Shown: positions 8,451 to 16,968 of the stretch, piece by piece
Layout of the letters: each line of letters starts with the position of its first letter
Numbering within the stretch: the first letter of the stretch is position 1
Assembly: GCA_947474995.1 (NCBI GenBank)
Contig: CANJNJ010000020.1
Coordinates: 11,036-43,035 of the forward strand
DNA length: 32,000 nucleotides
Source: Opitutaceae bacterium
GTDB taxonomy: Bacteria > Verrucomicrobiota > Verrucomicrobiia > Opitutales > Opitutaceae
Direction of reading: 5' to 3'
Program-made: the position numbers and the translations under genes
Notes under the pieces: model-generated
Seen by the model: only the letters and a program-made list of their open reading frames with translations
Told to the model about the DNA's origin: nothing
Database searches by the model: none

Positions 8451-11017
8451 GGCCGCACCACGAGTTGCGTGCGCTGGGCCCGCGTAAAATAGCGGGAGGC
8501 AAAGGCCGCGAGATCAACAATGGTCACCGCGTCGATCCGGCCGTCATAGTTCTTCCAGTCGTTAATCGGCTGGCCCTGCAGGGCATTGAGGCCCGCGTGC
8601 ATGGCCCGCGCCGAGTTGGTCTGCAGGCTTTGCCGGCGACCCGCCTTCAGCCGCGCCTGACACCGCGTCAATTCCACTGCCTCGACCCCGCCGAACTGCA
8701 CCCGGGCGATCTCGGCATCGATCTCGCCCAGCACTTCCCCTTCCCGGCCGGGCTGGGTCCCCGCCATGAAATAAAACATGCCGGCATCGAGCCCGGTCAC
8801 GCGCGCCGACCGGACGAAATACGCGAGCCCCTTCTCCTCGCGCACGCGCTCAAAAAGTCGGGAAGCCATGCCGCTGAACAATTCATCCGCGACTTCGCCA
8901 ACATAGAAATCGGCCGCGTTGACCCGCGGGCCGGGGAACGCCTGGAGCACGACCGCCTGCTCGCGCGGTTGCTGCTCGATGAAGTCTCCGCCCTGAGCCG
9001 GCAAGTGAATGGCCGGATCGAGTTTCCGTCCGGTCGGCATTTTTCCCGCCGGAATGCGGGCGAGGAGCGCCTGCAATTTTGGGCCGAGCCGGCGCGGATC
9101 GAAATCGCCCGCGACGGCGAGCACGACGTTCGGGCCCACACACAGGCGGCGCCGCAGTTCCACGAGGTCGGTCGGCGCGAGGACTTTGACGCCGGCGAGA
9201 TTCCCATACGAATCGAGCGCCAGCGGATGCGCGCCAAAGAATTTTTCCCGCAGGCGTTTTCGCGCCAGCGTCACGACGTCGTCATCGTCCTGCTGTAGCG
9301 CGGCCACCTGCGCATCGCGTTCCAACGCAAATGTCGCCGCCTTGAAGGCCGGCGATAAAAGGGCCTCCCCAAGGACGGTCAGGGCCCGGTCGACGTCTGG
9401 CGGCAAGACTTCCACGGCAAGACCGAGGCTGTTGTTCCCCGAGAAGGGGCTGAAGGCTCCGCCCACTTCCTCGATGTACTGGGCCACGGCGGCGGCGCTG
9501 CGCGACCGCGTGTCCTTGGTCAACAGGGTGGCGAGCAACGCCGTCGACCCGCTCTTGCCGGGTTCCTCAAACCACGGACCGCCTTGCATCATCAACCGGA
9601 GATGCAGATTGGGCAGCCGTTGGTCCGGCTGCAGCAACAGGCGCGCGCCATTCGGCAGTTTGATTTCGGAAAACTCCGCCACCCCACTCGCCATCACTGC
9701 GGCCGGGGAAACCGCCGCCGCGGCCGCCGCCGGATTGATTGACACCGAGGTCAGGCGCGCGGGCAGCAGATATTTCTTCAGCGCCCGCTGGAGGGTGGCG
9801 GGCGTCACCGCACCGAGGTGCTCGAAATAGGTCTTGCTGTGATCGAGATCACCCACGACCACCTCGGCCACGCCCAGGCGCGACGCCTGCCCGCTCATCG
9901 TCTTGCGCGAATCGATCTCCGCCACCACCAGCTGGCGCATCGCCTTCTTCAATTGCATCACCGTGAATCCACGGTCAGCGCAGCGCGCGAGGCATTTTTC
10001 AATCGCCCTGACGGCCGCTTCCCGTTTCGCCGCGTCGCAGTTGAACGAAATGCAGAATAGCCCGCCCGTTCCCGGATTCCAACTCGAGGTATCGATGGCA
10101 TGAACGAGGCCCGCCTTTTCGCGAATCTCATGCCACAACACGGAGCTATCGCCGTGCCCCAGGATGGTCGCCAGCAGGTCGAGCCTGGGGGCGTCCTCGT
10201 GGGCCAGGCCCGGAATCGGCCAGGCCAGGACGGCCCGTGAAATCTCCACGTCTTCGAAGCGGTGCTCCGTGCGCGGAGCCAATTGCGCCGGTTCCTCCGG
10301 CACGTAGACCGGCGCGAGCCGCGTGCGCGCCGCGGCCCCAAAGTGCTGCATCACGGCCGCCTTGGTCGCCACGACGTCAAGGTCGCCGACGATCACGACC
10401 ACGAGGTTGTTGGGCACATAGCGCGCGCGATAATAGGCGACCAAATCCTCCCGGGTAACCACCGAAAAAACATCGCGGTGCCCGATGATGGGCTGGCGAT
10501 AGGGATGCTCCCGAAAAGCCGTGGAAAAAAGTGAATCCCAGAGCCGGTTGTCCGGCTCGTCCTTGGTCATCGCAATCTCACGCAGGATCACGTCTTTTTC
10601 CTTAATCACTTCCTCCGCCGGCAGCGTCGAGTGCAACACCGCGTCCGCCAGCAAATCGATCGCCACCGCCGTGTGCTCGCTCGGCAGATCGATATAATAG
10701 ACCGTCCGGTCAAAGGTCGTGTAGGCATTGATGTACCCGCCGTGGGCCTGGACGGTCGCACTGATATCGCGGCCCGCGCGGCGTTCCGTGCCCTTGAACA
10801 GCATGTGCTCCAGGTAATGCGAAAGTCCGGCCCCGAGGTGCGCCTGCTCGTGGATACTTCCTGTTTTGACCCACACCTGAACCGACGCGAGCGCGGCCGA
10901 AGCATCCCGTTTCAGGATGAGCGTCAGCCCATTCGGCAGCAACGTGCGCTCAACCCCTTCCTGCCAAAAAGGGTCCAACAGACGAAGATCGGCGGCGGTC
11001 GAAGAGGTTTTGCGCAT
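8447..11017 (-). CDS. Fused two-unit M16 (pitrilysin/insulinase) family zinc peptidase
   Basis: Trimmed to the ATG at 11017 (MRKTSST..), because the ORF-track start at 11065 is TTG. The first unit carries the inverted zinc motif HYLEHMLFKGT. The second, M16-like half starts around IKLPNGARLLLQPD and lacks the motif. No obvious signal peptide. Confidence 0.85.
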   Translation of the reverse strand: MRKTSSTAADLRLLDPFWQEGVERTLLPNGLTLILKRDASAALASVQVWVKTGSIHEQAHLGAGLSHYLEHMLFKGTERRAGRDISATVQAHGGYINAYTTFDRTVYYIDLPSEHTAVAIDLLADAVLHSTLPAEEVIKEKDVILREIAMTKDEPDNRLWDSLFSTAFREHPYRQPIIGHRDVFSVVTREDLVAYYRARYVPNNLVVVIVGDLDVVATKAAVMQHFGAAARTRLAPVYVPEEPAQLAPRTEHRFEDVEISRAVLAWPIPGLAHEDAPRLDLLATILGHGDSSVLWHEIREKAGLVHAIDTSSWNPGTGGLFCISFNCDAAKREAAVRAIEKCLARCADRGFTVMQLKKAMRQLVVAEIDSRKTMSGQASRLGVAEVVVGDLDHSKTYFEHLGAVTPATLQRALKKYLLPARLTSVSINPAAAAAAVSPAAVMASGVAEFSEIKLPNGARLLLQPDQRLPNLHLRLMMQGGPWFEEPGKSGSTALLATLLTKDTRSRSAAAVAQYIEEVGGAFSPFSGNNSLGLAVEVLPPDVDRALTVLGEALLSPAFKAATFALERDAQVAALQQDDDDVVTLARKRLREKFFGAHPLALDSYGNLAGVKVLAPTDLVELRRRLCVGPNVVLAVAGDFDPRRLGPKLQALLARIPAGKMPTGRKLDPAIHLPAQGGDFIEQQPREQAVVLQAFPGPRVNAADFYVGEVADELFSGMASRLFERVREEKGLAYFVRSARVTGLDAGMFYFMAGTQPGREGEVLGEIDAEIARVQFGGVEAVELTRCQARLKAGRRQSLQTNSARAMHAGLNALQGQPINDWKNYDGRIDAVTIVDLAAFASRYFTRAQRTQLVVRP

Positions 11018-11101
11018 GACAGTAGCAGCAATGAATCCCCGAGCGCCGCGAACGGGTCGATGCAAATTTGGCCCGCCGGGATTTCGGGCGGCCGCGCGAA
11101 C

Positions 11102-11539
11102 TCAAGTCGTGCCCACCGCTCCGGACGCCGACGCGCCGCGCGGGCGCTTCGCCGGCTGGAAGGGTTTTACGAACGCGTCGTCGAATTCAAAAATGTCCGC
11201 AAAATCCTCCCGCCGGTCGCTTTCGGTTTTAGAAAAGACGTTGTATTCGATCAGGTTGAAGACGATCTCGCCGAAATCACGGCACCGCCGGACGCCCCAG
11301 GCATTCAACACCGTCTTCGCCAGCGGTCCAAACTGCTCCAACGCGTAGGCCCGAAGACCCTCGAGTAATTCCGCGCCGCTGACGTGCCGCGACTTCTCGG
11401 TTCGGACGGCGTCCTTCTTGCGCAATTCCTTAACTTTTTGATCCAAACCCAGTCGCACAAAATCGTACGCCTTTCGGTCAAAACGGGGATCTTCTTTACA
11501 GATCAGGGTGACGACTTCGTTAAAATCGGGTTGTTGCAT
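11102..11539 (-). CDS. Conserved hypothetical protein resembling the Verrucomicrobia/Planctomycetes-restricted 'Minf_1886 family' (TIGR04138, from memory)
   Basis: Trimmed to the ATG at 11539 (MQQPDFNEV..), because the 11557 start is GTG. Family-like strings are HVSGAELLEGLRAYALEQFGPLAKTVLNAWGV...DFGEIVFNLIEYNVFSKTESDRREDF. The gene lies 84 bp upstream of the M16 gene on the same strand. Confidence 0.55.
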   Translation of the reverse strand: MQQPDFNEVVTLICKEDPRFDRKAYDFVRLGLDQKVKELRKKDAVRTEKSRHVSGAELLEGLRAYALEQFGPLAKTVLNAWGVRRCRDFGEIVFNLIEYNVFSKTESDRREDFADIFEFDDAFVKPFQPAKRPRGASASGAVGTT

Positions 11540-11667
11540 CGCGGAAACGTACCTCACTTTGCCCGCGTCGCTCCTGGGCGCAACTCTGGACGCGTACGAA
11601 CACAGACGTCCTTATCCGGCCAAATATTATCTGGAAAATTCGCCTAAGACGTCAAATAATTGCAAGA

Positions 11668-12198
11668 ATGATAGCCTCGACCCAAACTAATCATCCCCTA
11701 ACCGGCAATAGTAAGATCCCGGGAAAGACGCCGACGGCTATCGAGTTTTCGACGGCAAAATTAAAATTAGCGGGTCTCCGGATCACGCAACCGCGCCTCG
11801 CCATCCTCGCCACCCTGAGCAAGCGCGCCCAACCCACCAGTATTGAAAGTCTCCATGCCGACGTCGGCGTGGAAAAATGCGACCTCGTGACGGTCTACCG
11901 CTGCATGGCCGCCTTCGAGCAGATCGGTCTGGTCCGCCGTTCCTTTTTTCACAACGGCACCGCCCTCTACGAAATCAATCTCGGCCAGCCGACGCGTTAT
12001 CACGTGGTGTGCAAGAGTTCCAACCGGGTGGAAGAGTTGGACGCGCAAACCTCCGAGGAACTCCGGCACGCGATCGAAAGCGTCCAGGGAAAACTGCGGG
12101 CGCACGGCTATGCCGACGTCGGACACATCGTCGAGTTCTTCGGTGTCGCCCCCCAGCATAACCGAATCCCTGCCCCCGTTTCGCATCCGGTGCGCTAA
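11668..12198 (+). CDS. Fur-family transcriptional regulator homologue with most canonical metal ligands replaced
   Basis: Winged-helix region LKLAGLRITQPRLAILATL...LVTVYRCMAAFEQIGLV and dimerisation region YHVVCKSSNRVEEL...HIVEFFGVAPQ align to E. coli Fur. ATG start in an AT-rich divergent intergenic region. Confidence 0.7.
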   Translation: MIASTQTNHPLTGNSKIPGKTPTAIEFSTAKLKLAGLRITQPRLAILATLSKRAQPTSIESLHADVGVEKCDLVTVYRCMAAFEQIGLVRRSFFHNGTALYEINLGQPTRYHVVCKSSNRVEELDAQTSEELRHAIESVQGKLRAHGYADVGHIVEFFGVAPQHNRIPAPVSHPVR

Positions 12199-12228
12199 CC
12201 CGCCGGGACGCCAAGTCCCTTCTTCCCG

Positions 12229-12259
12229 GCGCGGGCCTTCGGCCCGCGCTTTTTTATTT
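12229..12259 (+). terminator. Rho-independent terminator downstream of the Fur-like gene
   Basis: Perfect 9-bp stem GCGCGGGCC (12229-12237), loop TTC, GGCCCGCGC (12241-12249), followed by TTTTTTATTT. Confidence 0.75.
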
Positions 12260-12328
12260 CCGCCGGCCGGCCCGTTGAAGCCGGCTTGCCAAATTGGCTC
12301 CGCCACCCGAGGTTCAGCCTTGCTCCCC

Positions 12329-13231
12329 ATGTCCTCTCCCATCTCCCGCCGCACCGCGCTGCGCTCCATGGCCGGAGTCGCCGCGCTCGCCACCCTCCCC
12401 CGTTTGCCGGCCGCTGACAACGCCACTCCCGTGTCCAAGAGCCCCGGCACCTTCGCCAACCATTCCGTGTGCAAGTGGTGCTACAAGGACATCCCGCTCG
12501 AACCGTTCGCCAAGGCGGCGAAGGAAATCGGCCTGGCTTCGATCGAACTGCTCGCGCCCGAGGATTTCCCCACGCTGCGAAAATACGGCCTCTCCTGCGC
12601 CATGGTCAGCAATCCCACCCTGCAAACTGCACCGGGCGTGACGATCGGCCATATTCCCAAGGCGTTCAACCGGCTCGAACACCACGACATTCTCACGGGA
12701 CTCTACGAAAAACGCATCGCCGAGGTGGCCGACGCCGGCTTTGAAAACCTGATTTGTTTTTCCGGCAATCGGGAAAAAATGGACGATCAACAGGGCCTGG
12801 AAAACTGTGTGGTCGGGCTAAAACGCCTCATGGCGGTCGCCGAAAAACGCCGCGTGACCATCTGCATGGAACTGCTGAATTCGAAGGTGAACCACAAGGA
12901 CTACATGTGCGATCGCACCGCCTGGGGCGTGGAGTTGGTCAAACGCGTCGGCTCCCCCCGGTTCAAGCTGCTCTACGACATCTACCACATGCAGATCATG
13001 GAGGGAGATGTCATCCGCACCATTCAGGAGAATCATCCCTACATCGGCCACTACCACACGGGAGGAAACCCCGGGCGCAACGAGATCGATGAAACGCAGG
13101 AAATAAATTACCCGGCGGTGATGCGCGCGATTGTGGCGACAGGTTTCAAGGGTTTCGTCGCCCAGGAATTCATCCCGAAACGCGATCCGCTGACCTCCCT
13201 GCGCCAGGCGGTGAAGATCTGTACGGTCTGA
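12329..13231 (+). CDS. Tat-exported xylose-isomerase-like TIM-barrel protein (hydroxypyruvate isomerase family)
   Basis: Trimmed to the ATG at 12329. The twin-arginine signal is MSSPISRRTALRSMAGVAALATL. Family features are NHSVCKWCY, GLASIELL, TICMELLN and the YDIYHMQIMEGD..HYHTGGNPGRNE pattern. Confidence 0.8.
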   Translation: MSSPISRRTALRSMAGVAALATLPRLPAADNATPVSKSPGTFANHSVCKWCYKDIPLEPFAKAAKEIGLASIELLAPEDFPTLRKYGLSCAMVSNPTLQTAPGVTIGHIPKAFNRLEHHDILTGLYEKRIAEVADAGFENLICFSGNREKMDDQQGLENCVVGLKRLMAVAEKRRVTICMELLNSKVNHKDYMCDRTAWGVELVKRVGSPRFKLLYDIYHMQIMEGDVIRTIQENHPYIGHYHTGGNPGRNEIDETQEINYPAVMRAIVATGFKGFVAQEFIPKRDPLTSLRQAVKICTV

Positions 13232-13248
13232 TCGGGCCAGGGCCGCCC

Positions 13249-13479
13249 ATGCCTCCCCGCTCGCTGTTTCTGGCCAGGGCCATTCGTTACGGCCTGCTCA
13301 GCGCAGGGTCGTCCGCCCTCATTTCCGGCGGGGTTAATCTTTACGCGGCGTTTCAGCTCATCGATTCGTCGGCGGAACAATCGCTCGGCCTCACCCGCCA
13401 GGAGGTCATCGCCTGGTGCTGCGCCTCGATCGTCGCCGGCGGACTCTTGTTGTTTTTGGGCATCCGCCGCAAAGCGTGA
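13249..13479 (+). CDS. Small hypothetical membrane protein (two predicted hydrophobic helices)
   Basis: 76-aa ATG ORF, 18 bp after the isomerase stop. Hydrophobic segments are YGLLSAGSSALISGGVNLYAAF and VIAWCCASIVAGGLLLFLGI. No recognisable family. Confidence 0.35.
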   Translation: MPPRSLFLARAIRYGLLSAGSSALISGGVNLYAAFQLIDSSAEQSLGLTRQEVIAWCCASIVAGGLLLFLGIRRKA

Positions 13480-13596
13480 ACCATTCTTCCGAAGCCGAAT
13501 CCGAGCCCTCACCGTCACGGACGCGAAACGGACTGGGCGCCAGCGTGTGCCTCGGCGTCGTTTCCGGCAGTGGGTTGGTCCCTTCTACCAACCTGC

Positions 13597-15048
13597 TCAC
13601 GGCGCCGCCAGCAGCCGCCGCAACGTCTCGTCAACGAGCTTGGGGTTGGCCTTGCCTTTGCCAACTTTCATCACCGGGCCTTTCAGCGCGTTGATCGCGC
13701 TGTCCTTGCCACTCTTGAATTCCGCCACGGCCTTCGCATTCCCGGCGATGGCGTCGCGACACCACTGCTCCAGTTCGCCGGCATCGGTGGGCGCGGCCTT
13801 CAGGCCCTTGCGCTCGGCGATGGCCTCGGGTTGGTCACCGCTGGAAAACATCTCGATGAAAATCTCCTTCGCCGCGTTCGTCAGCACGGCCCCAGAATCG
13901 ACCAGCTTAACGAGCGCCGCGATCTGCGCCGGACTGACCTTCGACTGCGCCAGCTCAAGCTTTGCGCTCCCCAATTCCCGCAAGAGATCGTTCGCGATCC
14001 AGTTTCCGACCGCCTGGGGTTTACCACTGAGTTTCGCGGCGGATTCAAAATAATCGGCCAAAGTCCGATCCCAAACCAGGACCGACGTCAGCGTGTAAGG
14101 CAGTTGATACTGCTCGACGAAACGCCGCTGCTTGTCGAACGGCAGTTCCGGACACTCGGCGCGCAGACGGGTCTTCCACGCCTCATCCACTTTGACCGGC
14201 ATCAAGTCCGGATCCGGGAAATAGCGGTAATCGTGAGCCATTTCCTTTGAGCGCAACGACTGCGAGGTTCCCGTCTGGCCATCATAATCACGCGTTTCCT
14301 GGACGAGCGTGCCGCCCCGCTCCACGACCGCGAGCTGCCGCTTGATCTCGTGGGCGATGCCATCGCGCACGAAGGAAATCGAGTTGAGATTCTTGAGCTC
14401 GACCTTGGTGCCAAGCGTCGTCTGACCCACCGGGCGAATGGAAATATTGGCATCACACCGGAGCTGCCCTTTCTCCATGTCGCAGTCGGAGATGCCGCCA
14501 TAAACCATGGCCGCCCGCAGTGACGTGAGATACGCGTAGGCCTCCTCCGCCGAGTGCATCGCCGGATCGGAAACAATTTCCATCAGCGGCGTGCCGGCCC
14601 GGTTGTAATCGACGAGCGAATCGGTCGCGCCGTGATTCAGCTTGCCGACGTCCTCTTCGAGATGGATGCGAGTCAGGGGGATTTTCTTGTGCTCGCCCAT
14701 CAGGTTGCGCGCCGGTCCCGGGAGTTCGATCTCGACGGAGCCGCCCAGGCAGAGCGGCTGATCGTACTGCGAAATCTGGTAGTTCTTCGGGGAGTCGGGA
14801 TAAAAATAGTTCTTCCGGTCCCATTTGCAGACGGGCGCAATCTGACAACCGAGGAGCAACCCCGCCTTGATGACCGCATCGAGCGCCGCCTTGTTCATGA
14901 CGGGCAGCGTGCCGGGCAGCGCGAGCACCACCGGGTCCGTTAACGTGTTGGGCTCATGACCGTAGCCCGCGGCCACACGCGTGAAAATCTTCGACCGCGT
15001 CTTGATTTGAACATGAACCTCGAGACCGATGACAACTTCGTAATTCAT
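13597..15048 (-). CDS. gatB: Asp-tRNA(Asn)/Glu-tRNA(Gln) amidotransferase subunit B
   Basis: Trimmed to the ATG at 15048 ([17 protein letters not shown]..), which overlaps the gatA stop by 1 nt. GatB is recognisable along the full length, including the C-terminal YqeY-like tail. Confidence 0.95.
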   Translation of the reverse strand: MNYEVVIGLEVHVQIKTRSKIFTRVAAGYGHEPNTLTDPVVLALPGTLPVMNKAALDAVIKAGLLLGCQIAPVCKWDRKNYFYPDSPKNYQISQYDQPLCLGGSVEIELPGPARNLMGEHKKIPLTRIHLEEDVGKLNHGATDSLVDYNRAGTPLMEIVSDPAMHSAEEAYAYLTSLRAAMVYGGISDCDMEKGQLRCDANISIRPVGQTTLGTKVELKNLNSISFVRDGIAHEIKRQLAVVERGGTLVQETRDYDGQTGTSQSLRSKEMAHDYRYFPDPDLMPVKVDEAWKTRLRAECPELPFDKQRRFVEQYQLPYTLTSVLVWDRTLADYFESAAKLSGKPQAVGNWIANDLLRELGSAKLELAQSKVSPAQIAALVKLVDSGAVLTNAAKEIFIEMFSSGDQPEAIAERKGLKAAPTDAGELEQWCRDAIAGNAKAVAEFKSGKDSAINALKGPVMKVGKGKANPKLVDETLRRLLAAP

Positions 15049-16508
15049 CAGAGATTCGGATGTCTGGCACTCCACTCGTGCGCTTTTTCATAAGCCTGCG
15101 CGATCGCGAGCAGGCCGGCCTCGTTGAAGGGTTGGCCGATGAGTTGCATGCCGATCGGCAACCCGCTTTTGGTAAACCCGCACGGCACGCTGATTCCCGG
15201 GAGACCCGCGAGATTCACGCCGATGGTATAGATATCGCACAGGTAAAGCGCGAGGGGATCGGTTTTCTCGCCGATCTTAAAGGCGGGAATCGGCGACGTG
15301 GGCGTAAGCAACGCGTCGACGTCGCGATAGGCGTTGAGAAAATCCTGGCGGATCAGCGTGCGGACTTTCTGCGCGCGGAGATAGTACGCGTCGTAGTAGC
15401 CGCTCGAAAGGACGTAGGTGCCGAGGATAATCCGGCGTTTGACCTCCGCCCCAAATCCTTCGGCCCGCGACTGGAAATAGAGGTCAACGACGTCCTTCGC
15501 ATTCTTCGCCCGGTGACCGTAGCGAATCCCGTCGTAGCGGGCGAGGTTCGAAGACGCCTCGGCCGTGGCGATGATGTAATAAGTATCGAGGCAATACTGC
15601 GTGTGCGGCAGCGACACCTCTTTGATTTCGCAGCCCTGCGCCCGATAAAACGCGATGGCCTTCTCGACCGCCGCGCCGATTTCCGGATCGAGCCCGGCGC
15701 CAAAGTACTCCTTCGGGATGCCCAGCCGCCACGGGCCCTGGCGCGCGCCGAGTTCGGCCCGATAATCGGGCACGTCGGCTTTGAACGACGTCGAATCCAA
15801 GGGATCGTGGCCGGCGATCGCACCCAGCACGATGGCGGCGTCCTCTACCGTTCGCGCAAACGGCCCGATCTGATCCAGCGAAGAGGCAAAGGCGATGAGA
15901 CCGTAACGCGAAACCAACCCATACGTCGGTTTGAGCCCGACGACTCCGCAGAACGCCGCCGGCTGGCGAATTGAACCACCCGTATCGGAGCCCAGCGTCG
16001 CCGTCGCTTCGCCCGCCGCCAGGGCCGCGGCGCTGCCACCCGACGAACCACCGGGCACGCGCGTCGGGTCCCACGGATTCCCCGTCGGATGAAAGGCGGA
16101 ATTCTCCGTCGACGAACCCATGGCGAACTCGTCGCAATTCAGCCGCCCCCACAGCACCGCCCCCGCCTGCTTGAGCTTGACCGTCACCGTCCCGTCGTAG
16201 GGCGAAACGAAGTTCGCGAGCATCTTGCTCGACGCCGTGAGCGGCTGGCCCGTCACCGCGATGACGTCCTTCAGCCCAATCGGAATTCCATCGAGCGCTC
16301 CCCTCGCCTGCCCGGCCGCCCGGCGGGCATCGGATTCGGCCGCCTGCGCCAACGCGTCGGCCTCATCAAACGAGTTAAACGCCTGCACCCGGCCCTCGAC
16401 CGCCTTGGTGCGCGCGATCACGGCCTTCGTCAGATCGACGGCAGAGTATTTTTTCGCGGCCAGCCCAGCCGCATGTTCCGCGATGGATTGAAAATAAAGT
16501 TCAGACAT
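15048..16508 (-). CDS. gatA: Glu-tRNA(Gln) amidotransferase subunit A (amidase signature family)
   Basis: Amidase signature [36 protein letters not shown]. Features are [12 protein letters not shown] and gatCAB gene order. Confidence 0.95.
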   Translation of the reverse strand: MSELYFQSIAEHAAGLAAKKYSAVDLTKAVIARTKAVEGRVQAFNSFDEADALAQAAESDARRAAGQARGALDGIPIGLKDVIAVTGQPLTASSKMLANFVSPYDGTVTVKLKQAGAVLWGRLNCDEFAMGSSTENSAFHPTGNPWDPTRVPGGSSGGSAAALAAGEATATLGSDTGGSIRQPAAFCGVVGLKPTYGLVSRYGLIAFASSLDQIGPFARTVEDAAIVLGAIAGHDPLDSTSFKADVPDYRAELGARQGPWRLGIPKEYFGAGLDPEIGAAVEKAIAFYRAQGCEIKEVSLPHTQYCLDTYYIIATAEASSNLARYDGIRYGHRAKNAKDVVDLYFQSRAEGFGAEVKRRIILGTYVLSSGYYDAYYLRAQKVRTLIRQDFLNAYRDVDALLTPTSPIPAFKIGEKTDPLALYLCDIYTIGVNLAGLPGISVPCGFTKSGLPIGMQLIGQPFNEAGLLAIAQAYEKAHEWSARHPNL

Positions 16509-16584
16509 TGCAGGAGCGATGGGACTCGGATTGAGCGGCGGGGGTGATGGTGGCGATGCTCGCTACCCACTCCCCACCACTTCT

Positions 16585-16875
16585 TCATTCAATCACCTTT
16601 GGGACCACAACCATGTGGTCGCGGTGCGCCGGGGCGTTTTGCAACGCGCGGTCCACGGGCAATCCCGGCCGGGCGATATCCTCGGCCCAGACATTATCCA
16701 CCGCGAACGCGTGAGCGGTCGGCTCCACCTGGCTGACATCCAGTTTCCCCAACTGTTCGATATGGTGCAAAACGTCGCCGAGCTGCCGGGCGTATTCCGC
16801 CTTCTCTTCCAGCGTGAGCGCCAGTCGGGCGAGCTTGGCCACGTGATCGATATTCAGGTCGGTGGTTTGAGACAT
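16585..16875 (-). CDS. gatC: Glu-tRNA(Gln) amidotransferase subunit C
   Basis: Trimmed to the ATG at 16875 (MSQTTDLNIDHVAKLARLALTLEEK..). About 96 aa, directly upstream of gatA. Confidence 0.9.
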   Translation of the reverse strand: MSQTTDLNIDHVAKLARLALTLEEKAEYARQLGDVLHHIEQLGKLDVSQVEPTAHAFAVDNVWAEDIARPGLPVDRALQNAPAHRDHMVVVPKVIE

Positions 16876-16968
16876 GACTGAGTAAAGGGCGGGTTTATGC
16901 GAATCGCAGGTGCCGGAAGCAACGGGCAAAATCTGGCGTCGTGCAATCGTTCGAAATCACGCAGGAAG

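Noticed and set aside
13573-13593. A GGTTGG-N9-CCAACC hairpin between the convergent small ORF and gatB.
   Set aside because: It has only a 6-bp stem, a 9-nt loop and no T-tract on either strand. That is too weak to call a terminator.
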